This document shows, piece after piece, positions 9,558 through 19,381 of a stretch of 64,000 nt of DNA. The stretch is taken from contig CAXXMD010000003.1 of the NCBI GenBank assembly GCA_963675755.2, positions 2,592,001-2,656,000 of the forward strand, given 5' to 3'. This DNA comes from a bacterium (GTDB lineage: Bacteria > Zhuqueibacterota > Zhuqueibacteria > Residuimicrobiales > Krinioviventaceae). Numbering within the stretch: the first letter of the stretch is position 1; each line of letters begins with the position of its first letter. A program made the position numbers and the translations under genes. The notes under the pieces are model-generated. The model was not told the origin of the DNA. It searched no databases and saw only the letters and a program-made list of their open reading frames with translations.

Positions 9558-10946
9558 TCAGACTTTGACGCGCAGATGAAAAGATTTAGGACGGGTCAAA
9601 TGTTCGTAACCCAGCTGTGACAAGGTGCATCCACGTCCTGTATCTTTAACGCCTACCCATGGAAGATAGGGATCCAGGTAATCGCATCGATTCATAAAAA
9701 ATGTACCGGTATCTACACGGTCTCCAAGTTCAAGGGCTCTGTCTTCATCCTGGGTCCAGATAGATGCAGTTAATCCGTATGGGCTGTCGTTCATCAGTTC
9801 CAAAGCTTCTTTATCGCTCTTTACTTTCATGATGCCAACAACAGGGCCAAAGCTTTCTTCTACCATAACATCCATGGTGTGATTCACATTTACAAGTACC
9901 TGAGGTGCAAGATAGTTGGTACCCAGTTCTGTTTCGGGAAAAAGGGCGGGATCTATTAATGCTTTGGCACCGGCTTTTACGGCTGCGTCAATATGGCTAC
10001 GTACCAGGTCTGCACCGCTTTTTTTAGCAACCGGCCCCAGTGTTGTTTCTGAATCCAGAGGATTACCCAATTTGTATTGTTTGGTTAATTCTGCAAATTG
10101 TTCTATAAAGTCATCGTATAATGTTTCATGAACGTAAATACGTTCAATGCCGCAGCAGGATTGGCCTGAATTGTAAAAAGAACCATCAACCAGATTCTCT
10201 ACGGAAAATTTTAAATTGGCATCTGCAGCAACATAAGCGGGATCTTTACCGCCTAATTCTAATCCTACTCCTACAAAACGTTCAGCAACTACTTTTTGGA
10301 TGTTGTGACCGCCACCAACTGAACCGGTAAACGCAACAAAATCCACTCTTGGGTCACGTATAACCTGTGCGGTAGATTCATGATTCAGGTGCAGGAATTG
10401 GAATAATCCTTCGGGCAAACCGGCTTTTTTGAATGCGTCTGCGAATCGTTCTGCAACCAGTGGAGTTTGTGCAGAATGCTTTAATACAATAGAATTTCCG
10501 GCTAAAAGACCGGGAACAATTGAATTGACAGCAATCAGGTATGGATAGTTCCAGGCAGGAACAACAAAAACGGTTCCCAGTGGTTCATGACGAATAAAAC
10601 GGTTAAAGCCCTCTTTTTCGCCAACAAAGATATCTGCCAGAGATTTTTGGGCCAGATCAAGCATGCCCAATGTGCGTTCTTTGGTGCCGTTCACTTCGTT
10701 GACACCATAGCGTATGGGTCTTCCCATTTGCCATGCAAGTTCTGTACTGATACGTTCGGTATCCTCTACAAAAGCGTTGATAAATTTTTCAATATATGAT
10801 TTTCTTTCAGTCAGTGATAAAAGTTTCCATTCTTTTTGAGCTTTTTTAGCTTTATCCAGCGTTTGGTCAATATCTTGAGGGCCATGTTGTGCACATTCCA
10901 CATACACTTTACCATCAACTGGTGAGATGACTTGAATAGCCTGCAT
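9558..10946 (-). CDS. NAD(P)-dependent aldehyde dehydrogenase
   Basis: PAWNYP, FTGS, LELGGKDP, catalytic NSGQSCC, EESFGP. Confidence 0.95.
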   Translation of the reverse strand: MQAIQVISPVDGKVYVECAQHGPQDIDQTLDKAKKAQKEWKLLSLTERKSYIEKFINAFVEDTERISTELAWQMGRPIRYGVNEVNGTKERTLGMLDLAQKSLADIFVGEKEGFNRFIRHEPLGTVFVVPAWNYPYLIAVNSIVPGLLAGNSIVLKHSAQTPLVAERFADAFKKAGLPEGLFQFLHLNHESTAQVIRDPRVDFVAFTGSVGGGHNIQKVVAERFVGVGLELGGKDPAYVAADANLKFSVENLVDGSFYNSGQSCCGIERIYVHETLYDDFIEQFAELTKQYKLGNPLDSETTLGPVAKKSGADLVRSHIDAAVKAGAKALIDPALFPETELGTNYLAPQVLVNVNHTMDVMVEESFGPVVGIMKVKSDKEALELMNDSPYGLTASIWTQDEDRALELGDRVDTGTFFMNRCDYLDPYLPWVGVKDTGRGCTLSQLGYEHLTRPKSFHLRVKV

Positions 10947-11125
10947 ATTCTTCTCCTTGTAAAAAAAAATAATAAAGATATAAATTACTAATGGCTGAAA
11001 AAATAAATCTTGTTGCTGTACGGGGTCTGGAATAATGAAATTAATTAGATTTCAAGATTTGGTTCCGGAAGTGCTTTTTTCTATTATCCGGAGATATTGT
11101 GCATAATATAATATTTGAATATAAA

Positions 11126-11139
11126 TGACAAGTTTGTCA
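11126..11139. promoter_or_regulatory. Palindromic operator overlapping the promoter of the ALDH operon
   Basis: TGACAA-gt-TTGTCA; its arm forms part of a minus-strand TTGACA hexamer. Confidence 0.5.
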
Positions 11140-11162
11140 ATATCAAGCATTTCTTTATGGTA

Positions 11163-11201
11163 ATAATATTTTCTTAACAATTTTTTAACAATTTCTTAAT
11201 A
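11163..11201. promoter_or_regulatory. 11-bp-period direct repeats, OmpR/PhoB-box-like
   Basis: ATAATA/TTAACA/TTAACA/TTAATA at 11163, 11174, 11185, 11196. Confidence 0.35.
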
Positions 11202-11216
11202 TTGGCTAAATCTTGA

Positions 11217-12953
11217 TTATTCGTTAATCTTTTTTTTATTGTATCCGGGTTTTCGTTTAGCGGAGCCAGATTTGGTTGTAAGAATGTTTTTTTGTCTTTC
11301 TTTATCCCGAATGTCTTTTGTGATTTTTAATTTTTCACCGGTAAAGGGGTTGATTTCTGTATAGTACATAAGCGTGGACCAGGTTGACGGGGTAGGAGTG
11401 AAGACCTGGACCTGCTCTGGTGCAATGGAAAGGGTCTTTGACGCGTAATGTTTCAACTCGTGCATTTCTTTATCTGTACAGCCAGGATGTGCCGCTATAA
11501 AATAATAGGTAAGGAACTGGTTTTTACCTGCTGATTTTGAGTGCTTTTCAAATTCTTTTTTAAAGCTTTCAAGCGTATATGTACCCGGTTTGCCCATGAG
11601 TTTTAACACCCGGTCATTCGTGTGTTCAGGAGCAATTTTTAATTGTCCCGATGTATGATGACAGGCAACTTCGTGCAAGTATTCGCTGCCGTATTTTTCA
11701 TCATCCAATACCAGGTCATATCGAATGCCGGATGCTACAAAAACTTTGTTTACTCCATTGATCTTGCGTAATGATTTTAGCAGATCAATAGCGGGTTTAT
11801 GTGTGGGTTTTAATGTTTTACAAGTTGTGGGGAAAATACAACGTTTGTCTGAGCAAACTCCGGATTTTAGTTTCTTTGCGCATTCAAATCCATACATGTT
11901 GGCCGTGGGGCCACCTGCGTCAGAAATGATGCCTTTGAAACGTGGATGTTGAGTAAAATTTTTTGCTTCGTTGATGATAGATTCCGGACTGCGGCTGATC
12001 ACCGTACGTCCCTGGTGCACGGCAATAGCACAGAAATTACATTCTCCGTAACATCCCCGATGCGTGGGAATTGAAAAACGTATGGTGTCAAGAGCACGGA
12101 TTTTGCCTGATTTCGCTTCTGCGGGGTGAGGTTCGCGTTCATATCCCAGTTCGTGAACCGCATCCAGTTCGGAAGTATTCATGTGCGGTTGGGGAGGATT
12201 CTGGACCAGGTATCTGTCACCGGTTTTCTGGAGCAAACCCTTTGCGGTCAATGGGTCCATGTTTTGATAAAATGTTTGAAACATATTGATGAATGCTGAT
12301 TTGTCATCTTTGCATTGCTCAAAAGCTGGCAGTTGCAGGTATCCTGAAACCGGTTCTTTCGAAATGTAACATAATCCTTTTATGTTATCTGCGGATTGAT
12401 TTTGTTGAAGTGCTTTAGCAAATTCTAACACGGCTTGTTCTGCCATACCATATAATAAATAATCTGCTTTAGCGTCAAACAGGATAGGTCTGCGTATTGA
12501 ATTGGACCAGTAATCGTAATGCGCTATACGACGCAGACTGGCTTCAATTCCACCTAAAACTATGGGAACTGTGTTTTTAAAATAACGGCGCACAAGGTTT
12601 GAATAGGCTATGACTGCCCGGTCTGGTCTTTTGTTGTTGATGCCGCCGGGGGTATAATCATCCTGCTGACGACGTTTTTTTGTTGCTGTATAATTCGCCA
12701 CCATAGAATCTACACTGCCGCCGCTGATTCCCCAAAACAGTTCAGGTTCGCCCAAACGGGTTATATCGTCAGGAGATTGAATGTCCGGTTGCGCAATAAT
12801 GCCCACCCGAAATCCGTGCTTAACCAGCCACTTGCCAATGACGGCAATGCCTATAAAAGGACTGTCGATATAACTGTCACCGCTGATCAGTATCACATCA
12901 AGCTTTTTCCAGCCCAATGCAAGCGCTTCTTTTTTTGTCATAGGTAAAAACAT
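11217..12953 (-). CDS. ygiQ: YgiQ (UPF0313) family radical SAM protein
   Basis: LDVILISGDSYIDSP, GGIEASLRRIAHYDYWS, HRGCYGECNFC (CxxxCxxC), EQVQVFTPTP; start moved to MFLPMT at 12953. Confidence 0.88.
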   Translation of the reverse strand: MFLPMTKKEALALGWKKLDVILISGDSYIDSPFIGIAVIGKWLVKHGFRVGIIAQPDIQSPDDITRLGEPELFWGISGGSVDSMVANYTATKKRRQQDDYTPGGINNKRPDRAVIAYSNLVRRYFKNTVPIVLGGIEASLRRIAHYDYWSNSIRRPILFDAKADYLLYGMAEQAVLEFAKALQQNQSADNIKGLCYISKEPVSGYLQLPAFEQCKDDKSAFINMFQTFYQNMDPLTAKGLLQKTGDRYLVQNPPQPHMNTSELDAVHELGYEREPHPAEAKSGKIRALDTIRFSIPTHRGCYGECNFCAIAVHQGRTVISRSPESIINEAKNFTQHPRFKGIISDAGGPTANMYGFECAKKLKSGVCSDKRCIFPTTCKTLKPTHKPAIDLLKSLRKINGVNKVFVASGIRYDLVLDDEKYGSEYLHEVACHHTSGQLKIAPEHTNDRVLKLMGKPGTYTLESFKKEFEKHSKSAGKNQFLTYYFIAAHPGCTDKEMHELKHYASKTLSIAPEQVQVFTPTPSTWSTLMYYTEINPFTGEKLKITKDIRDKERQKNILTTKSGSAKRKPGYNKKKINE

Positions 12954-13096
12954 GGTATAATATACGCAATTGATGGTTAAAATGGGAATGAAAAACATAT
13001 TGAAAATCTGTTCTGACGTATGAAACAAATGCTGTAAATTGTAATTGATTAATTATCTTTTACTCGATATATTTGAGAAATATTAAGGAGATTTTT

Positions 13097-13597
13097 ATGT
13101 ATTCAAATCTATCAGATTTTATTACCGATTGGAAAGCAGAAGCTTCATTTACTTTGAAAATTTTTGAAGCAATTCCTGACGAGTTAATCTTGACAACTGT
13201 TTCTGATAATGTTCGGAGTTTGGGACGTTTGGCGTGGCACATTACCCAGACATTGACAGAGATGCCACACAAAGCCGGTGTGGTAGATGAAGACAATCTT
13301 GATAACCTGCCTATACCGGAATCTTTTGCCAAGATTTCTGATATTTATGCTCTGTACAGCGAGGCATTAATAAAAAATCTTGAACAAAAATGGTCTGGAA
13401 CAGACCTGACCGAATCAATTGAGATTTATGGACAACAATGGGAAAAACGTAAATTGTTATCTGTTTTAATAACACACCAGATCCATCACCGGGCGCAAAT
13501 GACCATTGTTATGCGTTTATTGGAATTAAATGTACCGGGTATTTACGGTCCCTCAAAAGAAGAGTGGGGTCAATTTGGAATGGAAGCTCAAGACTAG
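13097..13597 (+). CDS. DinB/YfiT family metalloprotein
   Basis: RSLGRLAWHI and HQIHHRAQ His motifs, PGIYGPSKEEW; RBS AAGGAG before ATG 13097. Confidence 0.85.
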   Translation: MYSNLSDFITDWKAEASFTLKIFEAIPDELILTTVSDNVRSLGRLAWHITQTLTEMPHKAGVVDEDNLDNLPIPESFAKISDIYALYSEALIKNLEQKWSGTDLTESIEIYGQQWEKRKLLSVLITHQIHHRAQMTIVMRLLELNVPGIYGPSKEEWGQFGMEAQD

Positions 13598-13626
13598 TTT
13601 TTTATAAAAAATTTTCAGGGTATAAA

Positions 13627-13662
13627 TAAAAAAAACGGCACAAGGCTGAATTTGTGCCGTTT
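13627..13662. terminator. Intrinsic terminator between the convergent dinB-like and yjfB-like genes
   Basis: AAACGGCACAA-ggctgaat-TTGTGCCGTTT with a long A-tract, i.e. a U-tail on the minus strand. Confidence 0.8.
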
Positions 13663-13724
13663 AGGTCATTGTTTTTGGGAAACATGACTATATGTGAGCA
13701 GTTCTTGTTGGTCTTATTTTGATG

Positions 13725-13919
13725 CTATGCGTATGTATCTACATGACCATTGTTAATGACCTCGTTTGTCTGTTCGATCATTTTTACCAAAGAGTTACCT
13801 TGACGTTCACCCTGGTCTTTGATCTCTTTTAATACAGACATTGAGATTTGATCTCTTACATCAGCAGCTTTCAGGTCAGTTGCATAGCTGGCCAAATATG
13901 TAGTATTTGTTACGTTCAT
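13725..13919 (-). CDS. YjfB-like putative motility-associated small protein
   Basis: 64 aa, QISMSVLKEIKDQ...LVKMI...GHVDTYA pattern; sigma28 promoter directly upstream. Confidence 0.65.
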   Translation of the reverse strand: MNVTNTTYLASYATDLKAADVRDQISMSVLKEIKDQGERQGNSLVKMIEQTNEVINNGHVDTYA

Positions 13920-13926
13920 ACCTTAT

Positions 13927-13953
13927 TTATCGGGGAATCATTTCAAAACTTTA
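13927..13953 (-). promoter_or_regulatory. sigma28 (FliA/SigD)-type promoter
   Basis: Minus strand reads TAAA-N15-CCCGATAA versus the consensus TAAA-N15-GCCGATAA, 7 nt upstream of the ATG. Confidence 0.8.
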
Positions 13954-14170
13954 GTTTTTTTTATAAAAAATCAAATTATTTTCACTTTTTTTAATTTTTT
14001 TTATATGATCTCTTTATGTTTTTAATGTGCTGTTTTTTAAGTGAATAAGTGCTATAATTCAGGTTTAAACGGATCGTGGTATTAATATTGCTAATATTTT
14101 TTAAATGCGAATATTAGCAATTGTGTAATATTTGTATTGATGCAGTATAGTAGGAGTTTGTAGTACCGGA

Positions 14171-17100
14171 ATGACAAAAAAAATGAAAAAGAATGCAAAT
14201 AATTTAGATGCAAAGCGTCTTCAACTTGCTCTTGAAGCAGCCAATGGAGCCGCTTTTTATTATGATTTAGTAAATGACATCGTTGAATGGGATGATGCCA
14301 ATTTTGAATTATTTGGTTACGATAAAGATAATTTTACCGGTACACGGGAAGTATGGGTAAAGAGGATCCACCCGGATGATTTGTCTGTTGCTGTGAATGC
14401 GATGGATGAAGCCTTTGCAGATAAAGATAGAGAAAGTTTTAATATCGAATATCGTATTGTTCGTCCTGATGGAGATATACGTTATATCAATGCCAGGGCC
14501 TGGGTTGATAGGGCTGTAAATGGAAAACCCCTTTCTTTTGCAGGAATCCATTTTGATATTACAGAACAAAAACTTGCCGAAATTGAATTAAAAGAATCTG
14601 AAAATAAATATCGTTTGCTCTATGAAGGTTTAAAAGATGCTGTATTATTAATTGATAAAGATGGCTATTTTGATTTTAATTCAGCTGCCTGCGAGATGTT
14701 TGGGTATACAGCTGAAGAAATGAAAAAACTGCACATGCGTGATCTCGCTCCGGAAGGGTATAATGAAATTCCCGAATATCTTTCATTGCAAAGACAAAAT
14801 TATACCAGAACACTTGAGGAGGGGCCGCAACAATTTGAATGGATACATAGACGGAAAAATGGTGAGCTTTTTGAAGTTGAAGTAGTTACCCGAATGGTTG
14901 AATTGAATGGCAGAATGATAATGCAGGGAGTTATTCGGGATGTTTCTAATCATAAGAAATTACAAAGAGACCTATTAAAAAGTCAGGCAGATCATCGTAG
15001 GGCTCAGGAAATTGCCAGGTTCGGACATTGGCTTTTTGATGTTGAGACTGAAATTTTTACAGGTTCGAAAGAGGCTTTGAGGCATTACCAGTTAAAGAAT
15101 AAAAGTGCCTCATTATATGAAATTGCAGAAAAGATTGATCCCGGTTTTCGCATAATGGTATATCGCCAATTTAATGATTGTATTAATTTAGGAAAGCGGT
15201 TCAATCACGATTTTCAAATCATTCTTGAAGATAATAGCAGAATGTGGATCAATTCCGTTGCATATCCGGAACTGGATGCTCAGGGAAATGTTGTGAAAAT
15301 TGTGGGCACCACAATGGATATTACCAAACGCAAGGAGACAGAACTTGCCCTTGAAGAGCATTCCCATTTTGAACGTATCATAAATCGTCTTTCATCCAAT
15401 TTGGTTGAACTGAAAGATCTCGATGAAAAGATCGAGAATATTTTGGGTATTATTGGAGAGTTTGCCAAAGTCGATTGGGCTTATGTTTATTTAATGAGTG
15501 ATGATGGCGTGTATATTGAAAATACTCATGACTGGAGATCTGAGATACTTGAAGGAACCTCAAATGCCTATAAACGCGTAAATCCTGGTAAAGATTTGCC
15601 CTGGTTTTGGTCTCTGATCAAAACGGGGGAAACTGTTCATCTACCTTCATTCGATTCCTTACCTGAAAGAGCACGTCCTGAAAAAGAAATCTGGAGCTCT
15701 CAAAATTTAAAGTCATTATTAGCTATACCTATGTTCAATAACCACAGGTTGGTAGGATTATTGGGCTTTGCTACCGTAAAGAAACAAAAGGCCTGGAACG
15801 ATAATGTGATTTCATTATTGAAAATTACCGGAGAAACCTTTGGCCGAGCTTTGGAGCAAAAGCGTATGTATGATTCTCTCCGCAGAAGTGAAGAACGTTT
15901 CAGAAAATTAATTAAAGATTCTCCGGTGGCAATGGTTGTTAGCGATTCCAATATGTTTGTTATGGATGTAAACAGTCAGTTTGAAGAATTGACAGGTTAT
16001 AACCGCAGAGACTTGTCACATGAAAAGATCTGGTGGGATCTCCTGGTTCCCAATCCGCAATACAGATTCCATATTAAGCAATGGTGGGATAAAATTATCA
16101 ATGATGCCATTGATAACAAAAATTCTGTAACAGAACCTATTGAGGTGGTTTTTACTTGTAAAGATGGTTCTAAAAAAGATATTTTAATAAACATGGCATT
16201 TACGGGTGATCTTAAATTAATTGTACTTCAAGATTATACCAAACAAAGACAGGGCGAAGCACTTTTGCAGGCCCAGCGTGATCTGGCTATTGCGCTTGGG
16301 CAAAGTGTAGGCCTGGAAGAAACGCTTCAAGTTTGTACCGAAGCGGCAATTAATAGTTCGTTTATGGATTGCGGTGGTGTGTATCTTGTTAATCCTGTTA
16401 ACAAGGGGTTGGATTTAAAATACCATATAGGTTTATCAACACTATTTTCTGATAAAACAGTCCACTTTGAAAAAAACTCTTCAAATGTTAGTGTAGTAAT
16501 GAAAGGGGAGCCTGTTTACACAAGTTATGAAAAATTATCAACAGATTTGAACATAAAACTTGATTGTGAAGGTTTAAAAGCAATAGCCAAGTTGCCTATC
16601 AAATACAAGGATCAGGTTATTGGGTGTATGAATGTGGCTTCTCATTTGCTTGAAGATGTGCCGGATTATTCAAAATTAATTCTTGAAACCATTGCAAGTC
16701 AAATGGGTCAGGCGATAATGCGTGAACATGCATTGGATGTACAAAGAGAACGTGAAGAAAATCTTGCAATGTTTTTTGAATCTGTTAATGATTTCTTGTT
16801 TGTATTGGATGAGCGAGCATCTATACTGCAAATAAATCCTGCGGTTACTCAACATTTGGGATATAAAGAACAGGATTTGGTAGGAGAAACTATTTTATCG
16901 CTTCATCCTGAGGAATTAAAAAGTATTGCTTCTGAAATCATTCTGGATATTTTATCAAAAAAACGTTTCTTGTATGACATTCCATTGTTAACAAAAGCCG
17001 GAAAAGAGATACCTGTTGAAACCAAAGTTACTACTGGTCAATGGAATGGGAAAACGGCTTTCTTTTGTATCAGTCGTGATGTTACCGAAAGAAAACGTGC

Positions 17101-18676
17101 AGAACAGGCATTAATGCGTTCCAGTTCTTTTCTACAAACTGTAATAGATGAAGCCCCGTTTGGTATTGAGATTTGTGAAGGAAATAAGGATGATTGGGAA
17201 TTTACAATTATCAATAAAGAAGCCCAGCGCATTCTGGGAACCACCAGCGAACTACATCAAGGTATTGGAAGTAAAAAAGGAGTAATTAAGAAACAAGAGT
17301 GCTTAACCTGGAAATTTTTGTATCTAAACGGAAGTGAATTGAAAATAGAACAAACACCTTTATATCACGCTCTAGAAGAAGGTAAAACTGTAACAAATGA
17401 GGAATTGATTATATACCGCAAAGATAACAGCCAGGTAACCGTATTAATTAACGCATCACCTATTTTAGATGATACTGGTGAGATTATTGGTGGGCTTGTA
17501 ACCTTTGCAGATATCTCGGAACGGAAAAAAGCCGAAGAGGATTTGTTAGATTCTCGTGAACGTCTGGCCAAAGCTGAAGAAATTGGGCATTTGGGAAGCT
17601 GGGAAATTGATCTAGTAACGGGTAATAGTAAATGGTCTGATGAGTTTTTACGTATATGTGGTTTTGAACCCGGTCAGGTTGAAATGACTAAAGAACTAAG
17701 TGCCGAGATAACCCATCCCGAAGACAGATACCTGGTTAATGAAGAATTAAAACGGTTTCTCTTGGAAAAAGATAAATATAATGTTGAAAAACGAATTATT
17801 CGTCAGGATGGAGAGATTCGTTATATTCACTCTATCGGTAGAGTGCTTTTAGATGATATGGAAAAGCCAGTAAAGGTTATCGGTGCATTTTTGGATATAA
17901 CAGATAGAGTGTTGGCAGAACAAGAAACCCTGCGACTTGAAAGACAGATACAAGAAGTGCAAAAGCATGAAAGCCTGGGTGTATTGGCTGGTGGAATAGC
18001 CCATAATTTTAATAACGCATTACTTGCTGTTCTGGGGAATTTGGAATTGACCCGATATAATTTAGATACAGAACACAAGGCGTTTAAAAGTATAGTAAAT
18101 GCCGAGTCTGCTGCAAAAAGAGCTGCAGAATTGAGTAGATTAATGCTTGTATATGTTGGGCAAGGGCAGGAACACTATATTAAAATACCCTTGTCAAATT
18201 TATTGACAGATTTATGTCAACGAATGAAATCAACAGTACCGAATAATATTAACATGCATTGTTCCTATTCCAAAGATAGTGATTATTGGGTATATGGCTC
18301 TACAATGTTGTTGGAAGAATCCTTACAACATCTTGTAACCAATGCAATAGAGTCTATTGAAGATCAAAAAGGTGAGATAAGTATTACTATTGAAGAAAAA
18401 ATACTTGAAGAAGAAACATTGCAAATGAGTAAAGTACTTGAAAAACCTAAAGAAGGGAAATTTGTTTGCCTGACTGTTAAAGACACTGGCTGCGGAATGA
18501 GTAAAGAAACTTTTGAACGCATGTTTGAACCCTACTTTACTACAAAATTTATTGGAAGAGGTCTGGGCCTGGCTGCCGTGCTGGGTATTATCCGTGGTCA
18601 CAGAGGTGCAATTATCGTAAAAAGTAAGGAAGGAGAAGGAACCGAAGTAATGGTTGCTTTACCATCCATCGAATAG
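14171..18676 (+). CDS. Cytoplasmic multi-PAS/GAF sensor histidine kinase with no receiver domain
   Basis: Repeated PAS/PAC ends (DITEQK, DVSNHK, DITKRK, DVTERK, DISERK, DITDR), two GAF-like segments, H-box AGGIAHNFNN, LVTNAIE, DTGCGM, FEPYFTTK, GRGLGL. Confidence 0.92.
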   Translation: MTKKMKKNANNLDAKRLQLALEAANGAAFYYDLVNDIVEWDDANFELFGYDKDNFTGTREVWVKRIHPDDLSVAVNAMDEAFADKDRESFNIEYRIVRPDGDIRYINARAWVDRAVNGKPLSFAGIHFDITEQKLAEIELKESENKYRLLYEGLKDAVLLIDKDGYFDFNSAACEMFGYTAEEMKKLHMRDLAPEGYNEIPEYLSLQRQNYTRTLEEGPQQFEWIHRRKNGELFEVEVVTRMVELNGRMIMQGVIRDVSNHKKLQRDLLKSQADHRRAQEIARFGHWLFDVETEIFTGSKEALRHYQLKNKSASLYEIAEKIDPGFRIMVYRQFNDCINLGKRFNHDFQIILEDNSRMWINSVAYPELDAQGNVVKIVGTTMDITKRKETELALEEHSHFERIINRLSSNLVELKDLDEKIENILGIIGEFAKVDWAYVYLMSDDGVYIENTHDWRSEILEGTSNAYKRVNPGKDLPWFWSLIKTGETVHLPSFDSLPERARPEKEIWSSQNLKSLLAIPMFNNHRLVGLLGFATVKKQKAWNDNVISLLKITGETFGRALEQKRMYDSLRRSEERFRKLIKDSPVAMVVSDSNMFVMDVNSQFEELTGYNRRDLSHEKIWWDLLVPNPQYRFHIKQWWDKIINDAIDNKNSVTEPIEVVFTCKDGSKKDILINMAFTGDLKLIVLQDYTKQRQGEALLQAQRDLAIALGQSVGLEETLQVCTEAAINSSFMDCGGVYLVNPVNKGLDLKYHIGLSTLFSDKTVHFEKNSSNVSVVMKGEPVYTSYEKLSTDLNIKLDCEGLKAIAKLPIKYKDQVIGCMNVASHLLEDVPDYSKLILETIASQMGQAIMREHALDVQREREENLAMFFESVNDFLFVLDERASILQINPAVTQHLGYKEQDLVGETILSLHPEELKSIASEIILDILSKKRFLYDIPLLTKAGKEIPVETKVTTGQWNGKTAFFCISRDVTERKRAEQALMRSSSFLQTVIDEAPFGIEICEGNKDDWEFTIINKEAQRILGTTSELHQGIGSKKGVIKKQECLTWKFLYLNGSELKIEQTPLYHALEEGKTVTNEELIIYRKDNSQVTVLINASPILDDTGEIIGGLVTFADISERKKAEEDLLDSRERLAKAEEIGHLGSWEIDLVTGNSKWSDEFLRICGFEPGQVEMTKELSAEITHPEDRYLVNEELKRFLLEKDKYNVEKRIIRQDGEIRYIHSIGRVLLDDMEKPVKVIGAFLDITDRVLAEQETLRLERQIQEVQKHESLGVLAGGIAHNFNNALLAVLGNLELTRYNLDTEHKAFKSIVNAESAAKRAAELSRLMLVYVGQGQEHYIKIPLSNLLTDLCQRMKSTVPNNINMHCSYSKDSDYWVYGSTMLLEESLQHLVTNAIESIEDQKGEISITIEEKILEEETLQMSKVLEKPKEGKFVCLTVKDTGCGMSKETFERMFEPYFTTKFIGRGLGLAAVLGIIRGHRGAIIVKSKEGEGTEVMVALPSIE

Positions 18677-18863
18677 AACAAAATATAAATTAATTGAAGC
18701 GAATTCGCTTGAAATAAATACTTGTTTTGTTCAAGCTTTTATATTAAATTTATTCAGTAACTCAACCACTCTGCTTTCAAAATGGTACTAGAATAGTAAC
18801 CAACATTTCTTGATTCTCTGCGTTTGAGTATAACGGTTCTGTTAAACAAATTTAAAAAATCTA

Positions 18864-19229
18864 ATGAAAAATAGTTTCCTAGTAGAAGAATACCCTGGGT
18901 ATATTGTATTTCGGGTATCTGGCCAAGATAGCTTACAATTCTCTATGGATTATTGGCAAAAAGTTGGTCAAGTTTGCAACGAAAAAAAAGTCTATAAAGC
19001 TTTGATAGTGGAAGATTTACAAGGTCAAATTTCCATGTCTGAAATGTATGAATTATGTGAGGCATTACCTCATTTTGTTTTGGGATTAGATATTGCTTTT
19101 ATAGATAATGATCCTGAACATTCATATGATAACTTGTTTGGTGAAACGGTTGCAAGAAACCGGGGTGTAAATATTAATGATTTTAGCAACGAAAAAGATG
19201 CTATTGCATGGTTGTTAGAAACAGATTGA
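18864..19229 (+). CDS. Hypothetical STAS/SEC14 (SpoIIAA-like) domain protein
   Basis: 121 aa; ALIVEDLQG..IAFID..FGETVARNRGVNINDFSNEKDAIAWL pattern. Confidence 0.55.
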   Translation: MKNSFLVEEYPGYIVFRVSGQDSLQFSMDYWQKVGQVCNEKKVYKALIVEDLQGQISMSEMYELCEALPHFVLGLDIAFIDNDPEHSYDNLFGETVARNRGVNINDFSNEKDAIAWLLETD

Positions 19230-19252
19230 AATGTATCAATAGAATACTTTAC

Positions 19253-19282
19253 TTGCCATCTTGACACTATCTCAAGTATAAT
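19253..19282 (+). promoter_or_regulatory. sigma70-type promoter for the GH127 gene
   Basis: TTGCCA-N18-TATAAT. Confidence 0.45.
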
Positions 19283-19381
19283 GGTTCCTCTAAAATGGTA
19301 TAACCTTTATAATTTTGTTTGTATCAATCAGTATTTTTGTTATTTTGAAATTGGTCACTTTAATTGCAAGGAAACCATATA

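Noticed and set aside
12954-13028. N-terminal extension of the YgiQ ORF in the track
   Set aside because: Family-like sequence begins at MFLPMT (12953); the extension covers the divergent promoter region
18797-18847. Possible integron attC (GTTAAAC just before the STAS-like gene) and a lone CTCTGCGTTT unit
   Set aside because: No complementary RYYYAAC box with a pairing stem, no matching site after the gene and no integrase; a single heptamer can be chance
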